The notes beneath the pieces were generated by a model, which was given only the letters and a program-made list of their open reading frames with translations, did not search any database and had not been told where the DNA came from. This document shows, one piece after another, positions 1 to 32,555 of a stretch of DNA of 64,000 nt (its first letter is position 1; each line of letters starts with the position of its first letter). Both the position numbers and the translations under genes were made by a program. The DNA is from Macrostomum lignano (lineage: Eukaryota): the NCBI GenBank assembly GCA_002269645.1, contig NIVC01003143.1:53198-117197 (forward strand), written 5' to 3'.

Positions 1-272
1 GGCTTCTAGATACCCTTTAGTAGGCTTCTAGATACCCATTAGTAGGCTTCTAGATACCCTTTAGTAGGCTTCTAGATACCCATTAGTAGGCTTCTAGATA
101 CCCATTAGTAGGCTTCTAGATACCCATTAGTAGGCTTCTAGATACCCATTAGTAGGCTTCTAGATACCCATTAGTAGGCTTCTAGATACCCATTAGTAGG
201 CTTATAGATACCCATTAGTAGGCTTCTAGATACCCATTAGTAGGCTTCTAGATACCCATTAGTAGGCTTCTA
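1..272. repeat. 22-bp minisatellite (GGCTTCTAGATACCCATTAGTA)n, runs off the left edge
   Basis: About 12 near-identical head-to-tail units read directly. Confidence 0.97.
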
Positions 273-611
273 AGGGTTTCTAATTCTTTGCATATTTCTA
301 GACGCTGTTGAGCTTCAAGAGCAAAAATAAGCAGAAAGCAAGCCTGAAGTGCACTAAAATAACTTTTTCCTTCTTTTCCGAAAGCAGCCTTCATCTGCGA
401 TAAAGCAGACGGCTTGCTGCTATCAGCTTGGCGAATCTGCAATCCCTAATAAGCACCCGCTGCTGGTCATGATGGCCGCCGCTTGGATTGCAAACGAAAG
501 AAACAAAACACTAATTGCCTTTCTTTATCACCTGTCTTCCACCTGCATTGGCAAACAGACATTTCAGCTGTAGAGGCTTGTGCATAAGCTGCTCTGGTTT
601 CCGCGTAAGGC

Positions 612-2379
612 TTGCTACAGGCTGTGATTGAGCTCACTACAGGCTGTGATTAAGCTCACTACAGGCTGTGATTAAGCTCACTACAGGCTGTGATTGAGCT
701 CACTACAGGCTGTGATTAAGCTCACTACAGGCTGTGATTAAGCTCACTACAGGCTGTGATTGAGCTCACTACAGGCTGTGATTAAGCTCACTACAGGCTG
801 TGATTAAGCTCACTACAGGCTGTGATTAAGCTCACTACAGGTTGTGATTAAGTTCACTACAGGCTGTGATTAATCACACTACAGGCTGTTATTAAGCTCA
901 ATACAGGATGTGATTAAGCTCACTACAGACTGTTTTTAAGCTCACTACAGACTGTTTTTAAGCTCACTACAGATTGTGATTAAGCTCACTACAGATTGTG
1001 ATTAAGCCCAATACAGGCTGTGATTAAGCTCACTACAGGCTGTGATTAAGCTCACTACAGGCTGTGATTGAGCTCACTACAGGCTGTGATTAAGCTCACT
1101 ACAGGCTGTGATTAAGCTCACTACAGGCTGTGATTAAGCTCACTACAGGTTGTGATTAAGTTCACTACAGGCTGTGATTAATCACACTACAGGCTGTTAT
1201 TAAGCTCACTAGAGGCTGTGATTAAGCTCTCTACAGACTGTGATTAAGCTTACTACAGGCTGTGATTAAGCTCTCTACAGACTGTGATTTAGCTCACTAC
1301 AGGCTGTTATTAAGCTCTCTACAGACTGTGATTAAGCTCACTACAGGCTGTGATTAAGCTTACTACAGGCTGTGATTAAGCTCATTACAGACTGTGATTA
1401 AGCTCACTACATACTGTGATTAAGCTCACTAGAGGCTGTGATTAAGCTCTCTACAGACTGTGATTAAGCTTACTACAGACTGTGATTAAGCTCACTAGAG
1501 GCTGTGATTAAGCTCTCTACAGACTGTGATTAAGCTTACTACAGGCTGTGATTAAGCTCATTACAGACTGTGATTTAGCTCACTACAGGCTGTTATTAAG
1601 CTCTCTACAGACTGTGATTAAGCTCACTACAGGCTGTGATTAAGCTTACTACAGGCTGTGATTAAGCTCATTACAGACTGTGATTAAGCTCACTACATAC
1701 TGTGATTAAGCTCACTAGAGGCTGTGATTAAGCTCTCTACAGACTGTGATTAAGCTTACTACAGACTGTGATTAAGCTCACTAGAGGCTGTGATTAAGCT
1801 CTCTACAGACTGTGATTAAGCTTACTACAGGCTGTGATTAAGCTCTCTACAGACTGTGATTAAGCTCACTACAGACTGTGATTAATCTCACTACAGACTG
1901 TGATTAAGCTCACTACAGACTGTGATTAAGCTCTCTACAGGCTGTGATTAAGCTCTCTACAGACTGTGATTAAGCTTACTACAGGCTGTGATTAAGCTCT
2001 CTACAGACTGTGATTTAGCTCACTACAGGCTGTTATTAAGCTCTCTACAGACTGTGATTAAGCTCACTACAGGCTGTGATTAAGCTCTCTACAGGCTGTG
2101 ATTAAGCTCACTACAGGCTGTGATTAAGCTCTCTACAGGCTGTGATTAAGCTCTCTACAGGCTGTGATTAAGCTCTCTACAGGCTGTGATTAAGCTCTCT
2201 ACAGACTGTGATTAAGCTCTCTACAGGCTGTGATTAAGCTCTCTACAGGCTGTGATTAAGTTCTCTACAGACTGTGATTAAGCTCACTACAGACTGTGAT
2301 TAAGCTCTCTACAGGCTGTGATTAAGCTCTCTACAGGCTGTGATTAAGCTCTCTACAGGCTGTGATTAAGCTCTCTACA
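612..2379. repeat. 22-bp minisatellite (CTACAGGCTGTGATTAAGCTCA)n
   Basis: About 80 tandem units with recurring point variants; no unique spacers. Confidence 0.97.
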
Positions 2380-2525
2380 TGTATCAATCAGCCACACGAG
2401 CTGGGAGATTTACCCTCATCTCAACAGGTGTCTCATTGCAGCTATATTTAATTTAAAAAGTTTCAGCAGCTATTGATTATCAAATAACTAAGCGGACAAA
2501 TCAAAAGTCGCAATTTGCTGCAGCT

Positions 2526-5500
2526 TCACGGCGCCACCGTCGGGCCCTTGACCCCGGTGCCGCGGTACAGCAGGTCCGGCCGGCCGGCAGCCTCCTCCGG
2601 CGTGATGCAGCGAACCCCATCAAACCGGAGCAGCTGGCCGGCCGGGCAGCGGCAGGTGTAGCTGCCAACCGTGTTCACGCACTGGTGCTGGCACGGCCGG
2701 TACAGCGCGCACTCGTCAACGTCGCTGCCGCAGTCCGGCCCGGCGAAGCCGCGCTGGCAGGCGCAGTTGCCGATGCCGGAGGCGGCCAGCCGGCAGACGC
2801 CGCCGTTCAGGCAGGGCGGCTGGCAGCGACTGTCGGGCGGCGACAACCGGCAGGTGCGACGATCCGAGAGCCGCGTGTAGCCTTGGATGGAGATTTTGCC
2901 AGTGGGATTTTTTCAGCAGGGATTTTTTTGGGTTGGGATTTTTTGTTGGGATTTTTCGATTGGGATTTTTTGGGTTGGGATTTTTACAGCTGCGATTTTT
3001 TTAATTGGGATTTTCGGGTTGTGATTTTTACAGCTGGGATTTTTTGGTTGGGATTTTTCGATTGGGATTTTTTGGGTTGGGATTTTTACAGCTGCGATTT
3101 TTTTTAATTGGGATTTTCGGGTTGGGATTTTTACAGCTGGGATTTTTTGGTTGGGATTTTTCGATTGGGATTTTTTGGGTTGGGATTTTTACAGCTGCGA
3201 TTTTTTTAATTGGGATTTTCGGGTTGTGATTTTTACAGCTGGGATTTTTTGGTTGGGATTTTTCGATTGGGATTTTTTGGGTTGGGATTTTTACAGCTGC
3301 GATTTTTTTTAATTGGGATTTTCGGGTTGGGATTTTTACAGCTGGGATTTTTTGATTGGGATTTTTTAGGTTGGGATTTTTTTGGTAGCGATTTTTTGGG
3401 TTGAGATTTTACGAGTTGGGGTTTTTTAGGTTAAGATTTTTTGGGTTGGGATTTTTTAGGTTGGGATTTTTTGAGTTGGGATTTTTTTGGGTTGGGATTT
3501 TTTAGGTTGGGATTTTTGGGTTGGGATTTTTTGGGTTGGGATTTTTTTGGGTTGGGATTTTTTGGGTTGGGATTTTTTGGGTTGGGATTTTTTAGGTTGG
3601 GATTTTTTCAGTTGGGATTTTGAGTGGAAATTTTTTATTTCTGGTTTCTGGTATCGATTCTTGACTAGATATTCATAGATTGGGAGATCCTGGGACGAGG
3701 ATGAGGATCACGAAAAGGGGGAATCGGAGTCAAATGAGATGTACCCTAAGAGCAGCCAGAGACCCAGTCCAAAGTGGCAGAGGCGGCTCACCAGGCGGGC
3801 AGCGGCACTCCCAGCTGCCGCGGGTGTTGTAGCAGGCGAACTCGCAGCCGTGCACGCTGCGCTCCATCGCGCACTCGTCGACATCGGCGCTGCAAGTCGG
3901 CCCGCGATAGCCCGGTGCGCAGCGGCACCTGCCGGAGCGGCAGCGGCCGCCGTTGCGGCAGCCCCTCGGGCAGCTGGGATCGCCGGCCCAGACGCAGCTG
4001 CCGTTGGTGCCGACATTGAAGCCTGGATCGCAGGTGCACCTGGAGGACCGGGTGGTTGGGAGACCAGCTGGCCAAGACTGCGGCGTTTTGGTGAACACTC
4101 AGTGGGTTCTGGTGTGCACCCAATGGGTTCTGATGTGCACCCAATGAGTTCTGATGTGCACCCAATGAGTTCTGATGTACACCCAATGGGTTCTGGTGTA
4201 CACCCAGTGGGTTCTGATGTACAAACAAAGGTTTCTGGTGTACAACCAATGGGTTTTGGTGTGAGTTAATGTGTCCACCCGCGAGCTAATGTGTCCACCC
4301 GCGAGCTAATGTGTCCACCTCCGAGCTAATGTGTCCACCCGCGAGCTAATGTGTCCACCCGCGAGCTAATGTGTCCACCCGCGAGCTAATGTGTCCACCT
4401 CCGAGCTAATGTGTCCACCCGCGAGCTAATGTGTCCACCTCCGAGCTAATGTGTCCACCCGCGAGCTAATGTGTCCACCTCCGAGCTAATGTGTCCACCC
4501 GCGAGCTAATGTGTCCACCTCCGAGCTAATGTGTCCACCCCCGAGCTAATGTGTCCACCCCGCGCAGTCCTGAAGGCGCCAACCTGAAGGTGCCGGGCAG
4601 GTTGTGACAGCTGTGCTCGCAGGGCGCCGGTGACAAGTCGCACTCGTTGAAGTCCATGTCGCATCGAAGGCCGCGCCAGCCGGCCAGGCAGACGCAGCGA
4701 CCGTCGGCGCCGCACCAGCCGCGGCTGCAGTCGGCGCTGCCGGTGCAGCGGAAGCGGATCTGGCAGGCCGCGCCCTCGAATCCGCTGTCGCAGACGCAGC
4801 CGCCGCGGATGCAGCGGCCGTGCTGGCAGGGCGGGCGGCACTCTTCGCCAGGACGCACCGTGGTCGGCGCCGCGGACGTCGTCGTGGTCGACGTTGTCGT
4901 CGTCGTCGGCGCGGCCTTCTGGCAGAAGTCGCCGTAGAAGCCGGGCGGGCAGCGGCATCGCCGGCTCCCGCTGTCGCAGGCGCCGCCGTTCTGGCACGGC
5001 CGCAGCCGGTCGGAGCAGGCGCGCGGATCGTCTGGCCGGCAGTTGCGGCCGTCAGCGGCCAGCCGGTAGCCGGGCGGGCAGAGGCAGCGGAAGGAGCCGG
5101 GCGTGTTGGCGCAGCCGTGCCGGCAGGCGTGGAAGCCGAGGGCGCACTCGTCGGTGTCGCTGGCGCAGTCGGGCCCGGACCAGCCGGATCGGCAGGCGCA
5201 GCTGCCGTTGACGCAGGCGCCGGTGTCCGGTCGGCAGGCGGGCTCGCAAGAGTTGCTGGGCGCGCAGGACCGGCCGTCGGAGCCAAGCCGTTGGCCGGGC
5301 GGGCAGCGGCAGCGGAAGGAGCCGGGGCTGTTCACGCACAGCGCCGAGCCGCAGCGGGGTCGCCCGTCGGCGTGGTTGCTGGCGCACTCGTCGACATCCC
5401 GACGGCAGGAGTCGCCAGTCCAGCCGGGCTGGCAGGCGCAGCGTCCATCGACGCAGCGGCCGCCGGGCGGGCCGCAGTCGGGCGGGCAGACCAGCGGCTC

Positions 5501-6622
5501 GCAGCTGGTGCCGTCCAGCGGGCTGAGCCGGTAGCCCGGCGGGCACTCGCAGCGGAAGGAGCCGATGGTGTTGGCGCAGCGGTACATGCAGCGGTTCAGC
5601 CACTCGTCGGCGCACTCGTCCACGTCGCGGCCGCAGTCGTCTCCGCGCCAGCCGGGCCGGCAGACGCAGGCGCCGCCGCGGCAGACGCCATTCAGGCAGG
5701 GCGCCCGGCACGGCTCGTCCGGAGCTCCGTTGGGGTCGGCGGGCACGCAGGTGAGGTTCGAGCCCGGGCCGAAGCCGCCAGGCGGGGCGGAGATCCAGGG
5801 CGGGCAGAGGCAGCGGTACTCGGTGCCCACCTGGCGGCAGCCGTAGTCGCAGATTCGGCCGGTGAGCAGCCGGCACTGGCGCTTGTTGACGCTCTCGCAG
5901 TAGTCGCCCGTGAAGCCGACGGGACAGACGCAGCGGGACTTGGTGCACACTCCGCCGTTCTTGCAGGCCGGCACGCAAGGCGGCGTGGTGGCCACGCACT
6001 GGTAGACGCCGCTGCCGTCTGGCCGGAGCTTGGCCTCGGTGCCCGGCGGGCAGACAATCGGTGGGCAGTTGGGGTTGGAGCTGGTGCACTTGGCCGGGTA
6101 GCACCAGGGCGGCTGGCAGGCGGCCATGGCCTCGGCCGGGTCCACGCTGGCCGGCACCTCGGAGCCGATGCCCAGATTCTTGTCCGGCGGCTCGCCGTTG
6201 AAGTAGCCCGGCGCCGGCGTGGAGGTGGTCGCGGCTGCGGCAGCTGCAGCGGCGGCAGCGGCCTCGCTGACTTCGAAGTAGTTCGGCGGGATGCTGTCCG
6301 CGTCAACGATGGTGGCGCCGTCTCGCGGGATCAGCGCGGCCTCCTGCCGCCGGAGCAGCACGGGGTCCGCCGTGCCGACCGTCGGCGACTCTCCCGCCTC
6401 GACTTCGACCTCATCGCGGTCGGCCGCCGTCCGGCGGTTGTAGATTTCGGCCAGCCGGCGCCAGAGGCCGCGGTCCTCCGGAGCGGCTTCCAGACCGACG
6501 CTCCATCTGGGTGGCTCGAGGCTGTCGGCAGATGCTGCTGGATCGGCGGCGTGCGAGTCGAGGATGAGGCAGCTCAGGCAGGTCAGGCACAGGGCCAGTT
6601 GAGGCAACCTGCGCAGCGGCAT
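2526..6622 (-). CDS. Secreted multiple-EGF / calcium-binding EGF domain protein (fibrillin/MEGF-like modules), 880 aa; exons 6622-4584, 4039-3792, 2881-2526
   Basis: ATG at 6622 starts a signal-peptide-like MPLRRLPQLALCLTCLSCLILDSHA. Repeated cbEGF motifs (DVDEC...C.NT.GSF.C.CPPG) alternate with short EGF modules. Both introns are GT-AG with matching phases (TFR|CTCDPG, CPPG|YTRLSD). Total 2643 nt is a whole number of codons, ending at TGA 2528-2526. Confidence 0.9.
2895..3620. repeat. Degenerate (GGGATTTTTT...)n low-complexity array in EGF-gene intron 2
   Basis: Recurrent GGGATT plus variable T-run units, with a higher-order repeat of about 100 bp. Confidence 0.9.
4101..4260. repeat. 21-bp minisatellite (GTTCTGATGTGCACCCAATGG-like) in EGF-gene intron 1
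   Basis: About 7 tandem degenerate units. Confidence 0.85.
4265..4560. repeat. 20-bp minisatellite (GAGCTAATGTGTCCACCCGC)n in EGF-gene intron 1
   Basis: About 15 near-perfect units ending about 25 bp from the exon 1 donor. Confidence 0.95.
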
Positions 6623-7524
6623 CGCACATTTCCTACGGGGCCTGCGCTTGGCCGCCTTCTTCCCAGTTTTATCCCCTCCGTTTATCCCAAGTACGGATTT
6701 CAACCCCTCCCCCAGTTAGCCGCCAGCATATTCGGAGGTAGCAGCTGAAGAATATTAGTCACCAGCTCCCCCTGTGTCGGCTCCGATCCCCAATCCCGTC
6801 CCAGCGTTAGTCAGACCCGACCGGCCCAGTTTAACATCTTGGCTGCCTCCACTGCGCTTTTTGCGTATTTTTTCCTGTCATTTTCGCTTTCCCATCTGGC
6901 CAGCGGCCGTTGCGGATGCCCTCCAGGAATCATGCTGGTTGCTAACCGGCGACTCGCTTGCGCAGGAAAGTTAAGTAGTATATGCGGGATATTTCTTCGG
7001 AATTTTTAGGGATTCATCGAAAACGGAAACTAGAAAACACCTGTCGTGAAACTTTCTCATATATTAGTGTGCTCTGTCCGCATTCGCATAGAGCATGTGC
7101 AACATTGTAAGCATTATGTACATGTACAAGCCTCGTAAATAATTCTAATCCTCATGTACATCATTTAACAATCATGTGCATTATTTTAACCGGCATGTAT
7201 TTTGTTTTAATCATCATTTACATTATTGTAACCAGAATGTACAGCATTTAAACCATCATGCACATGATTTGAAACATCATGTACACCGAAAATAATCATA
7301 ATAGACTCTTGTTAGATGCTCATTTAAAGGTCACAGCAATACTATTTAGCAGGCCTGCATATTTATTGAGCATGATATTGACTGACAAATCAACTATTTC
7401 ACTTTTTCCTATTCTAAATGCGAGAATGATGAATTTGATTAATAAAGCAGCAAGTACTTTAGAAAAAGTACAAAACTGAATAACTAAAGTTCAACAAATC
7501 AGTCAGCTGATTCAACGCGGTTAC

Positions 7525-29177
<21,653 letters not shown>

Positions 29178-29489
29178 CTGAGCAGGTAAGTAGGCGGGGG
29201 AGGAGCGATGCTGTTCAGAGAAATTCTTACACGTGTGAAAGATAGCGAGATGAGTAACTCAGGGAGGGATGCCCGTGTAGGTCAGGAAGGATCGGCCAGC
29301 AGCATCTCTTGCTCTGATGAAGCGGGACTGTGGGATCGAGAGTGGCTCTGAGACAAAGCAGACAGTCTCACACTTTGAGCTGGGCTGCAGCTGATTGTCA
29401 CGCAGGGTTTTTTAGCACTGTGTTTTTTTAGCGGGAGTGTCGTGTGGGGGGAGTGCTGAGGCAGACAGGGAAACAGGGGAAGGATGGAG

Positions 29490-31020
29490 GGAGAGTAGAT
29501 AGAGGGGAGAGTAGATAGATGGGAGAGTAGATAGATAGGAGAGTAGATAGATGGGAGAGTAGATAGATGGGAGAGTAGATAGATAGGAGAGTAGATAGAT
29601 GGGAGAGTAGATAGATGGGAGAGTAGATAAATGGGAGAGTAGACAGATGGGAGAGTAGATAGATGGGAGAGTAGATAGATGGGAGAGTAGATAGATGGGA
29701 GAGTAGACAGATGGGAGAGTAGATAGATGGAAGAGTAGATAGATGGGAGAGTAAACAGATGGGAGAGTAGATAGATGGGAGAGTAGATAGATGGGAGAGT
29801 AGATAGATGGGAGAGTAGACAGATGGGAGAGTAGATAGATGGAAGAGTAGATAGATGGGAGAGTAAACAGATGGGAGAGTAGAGTGAGATGGGAGAGTAG
29901 ACAGATGGGAGAGTAGAGTGAGATGGGAGAGTAGACAGAAGGGAGAGTAGATAGATGGGAGAGTAGAGTGAGATGGGAGAGTAGAGTGAGATTGGAGAGT
30001 AGACAGATGGGAGAGTAGATAGATGGGAGAGTAGACGGATGGGAGAGTAGATAGATGGAGAGTAGAGTGAGATGGGAGAGTAGACAGATGGGAGAGTAGA
30101 CAGATGGGAGAGTAGATAGATGGGAGAGTAGACAGATGAGAGAGTAGATAGATGGGAGAGTAGAGTGAGATGGGAGAGTAGAGTGAGTTGGGAGAGTAGA
30201 CAGATGAGAGAGTAGATAGATGGGAGAGTAGAGTGAGATGGGAGAGTAGAGTGAGTTGGGAGAGTAGACAGATGGGAGAGTAGATGAATGGGAGAGTAGA
30301 CAGATGGGAGAGTAGATAGATGGGAGAGTAGAGTGAGATGGGAGAGTAGACAGATGGGAGAGTAGATAGATGGGAGAGTAGATGAATGGGAGAGTAGACA
30401 GATGGGAGAGTAGATGAATGGGAGAGTAGACAGATGGGAGAGTAGAAAGATGGGAGAGTAGAGTGAGATGGGAGAGTAGAGTGAGATGGGAGAGTAGACA
30501 GATGGGAGAGTAGAGTGAGATGGGAGAGTAGACAGATGGGAGAGTAGAGTGAGATGGGAGAGTAGACAGATGGGAGAGTAGAGTGAGATGGGAGAGTAGA
30601 CAGATGGGAGAGTAGAGTGAGATGGGAGAGTAGAGTGAGATGGGAGAGTAGAGTGAGATGGGAGAGTAGAGTGAGATGGGAGAGTAGACAGATGGGAGAG
30701 TAGAAAGATGGGAGAGTAGAGTGAGATGGGAGAGTAGAGTGAGATGGGAGAGTAGACAGATGGGAGAGTAGACAGATGGGAGAGTAGAGTGAGATGGGAG
30801 AGTAGAGTGAGATGGGAGAGTAGACAGATGGGAGAGTAGAGTGAGATGGGAGAGTAGAGTGAGATGGGAGAGTAGAGTGAGATGGGAGAGTAGACAGATG
30901 GGAGAGTAGAAAGATGGGAGAGTAGAGTGAGATGGGAGAGTAGAGTGAGATGGGAGAGTAGACAGATGGGAGAGTAGACAGATGGGAGAGTAGAGTGAGA
31001 TGGGAGAGTAGACAGATGGG
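29490..31020. repeat. 16-bp purine-rich minisatellite (GGGAGAGTAGACAGAT and variants)n
   Basis: About 95 units with variant types clustered along the array. Confidence 0.96.
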
Positions 31021-31079
31021 AGAATAGGTAAGGGAAATAGTTAGATGGGGAGAGTATGTAGAGGGCAGAGTGGTTTGAA

Positions 31080-31400
31080 GGGAGTGCAGCAGGTGGGAAG
31101 ACATATGAAATGCGTATTGGATGAGCACCCGGTTGAGATTGGCCGCATCATATACTCTAAGAGCAGATGAAAAGAGGGTAGGAAAAGTGCTCAAAAAGTG
31201 CAGCATATTGAAGTGAATTCCTACCTTAAATAAGCCGGAGTTGGTTAATCGCTGAGTCCTGGCCCGCCTTGTCGTGTCAAACTTCCTGGGGATCAAAGAA
31301 TCCCGCCTGGTGATTGTGTAGCGCGTTCTTGGAAAGGGCATCGGGCATGCATTGAGAGTGCTCTGATATGCGTAGGCAGCCAAGGCTTAACCTGCAGTCC
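31080..31400 (-). mobile_element. Possible 3' fragment of a non-LTR retrotransposon
   Basis: Minus-strand reading RYTITRRDSLIPRKFDTTRRARTQRLTNSGLF resembles the C-terminal P..RT.RL.NS segment of CR1/L2/Jockey-type ORF2. No RT core is visible. Confidence 0.35.
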
Positions 31401-31835
31401 CGTTTTATTGCCAATGCCCGATGAAGCTGCCTGGAGTGACTGGCCAATGAAAACTCACTGAAGTCGACTGGTGATCTGCTTGCTCGATTCTGATTGGCTG
31501 GTTAGGCTGACGTTTCCGTGGCGCCTATACCATGGGAGAGGCTTTAGTAGATCTTATTAAAGACGGGGAGAGCATTTGGGTGCAGTTGAGAGGCCAGTGT
31601 CGGAGGACCGTGAAGATAGCGAGATTAAGAAGAGTGGGGTAGTGAGAAGTCAGTGCTTCAAGTGCGTTTGATATCTTCCACATAAACTCCGATTATTGTA
31701 AATTTACTCTGAGCTGTACAATTTTCGGTAAAAAACTGTTATTGGCTACTTACGCGGCTATTAAAAAGTAGTACGTGCCGCGTGTATTTTAATTCGAACT
31801 ATATTCAAAGTTAATTCAGGGGGTTTCGCTGCCGC

Positions 31836-32008
<173 letters not shown>

Positions 32009-32555
32009 CTCACTGACTCCATTCTATATATTACAAGTACATCTACTGTACATTTTTCTGCTCCCAGGAAAAACTTCCGTCCACTCTTCTCCCCTTCTAA
32101 GAGAGCCAACCCGAAGTCGCGTGCTCAAAGCCCGAAAGAGTAGTTATTCGCATCTAAGATATCTTAGTCAGTAAGGGGCAGAAAGTGCAGCCCGCCACCA
32201 GCCAGCCGCCCGTGACGAACCGCTCGCACACCCCGGGGCCGCACAGTCTCACTGCCCGGGGCAAATCTTCGGGGCAAAAGACAGGTCTGCCTGCAGCCAG
32301 CTGTACTGAGAGAAGCAATAAACGAGTGCAGAGATTTGTTGCTTTAGAGAGACAGGCACACTGGGCCACTTTTGAACAGGTGCAGAGCTGTCAGGTAGCA
32401 AAGACCGCTCGTTCGCTCTCTAACAGCCACACTGGCTTTTTAATCGAAAAAAGACAATTAAAAAAGTAGCATCAGCAGAAGCAGCGTGAGCTCGGCAGAC
32501 AACCAGTTTCTGCCGATAGCTGAGTGAGAGCTCCCTGCGGACGAGACGGTTACAG

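Noticed and set aside
248-442. 64-aa minus-strand ORF between the two left-edge satellites
   Set aside because: No recognisable motif, a non-ATG start, and it runs into the satellite; it cannot be supported as an exon.
612-2379. Regular short repeats that might suggest a CRISPR array (also other 20-40 bp arrays)
   Set aside because: Units are contiguous with no unique spacers, there are no cas genes, and the context is eukaryotic.
4820-6748. 642-aa plus-strand ORF and other overlapping ORFs at 4.5-6.7 kb
   Set aside because: Antisense or off-frame shadows of the GC-rich EGF exon; low-complexity Ala/Gly/Arg products with no domains.
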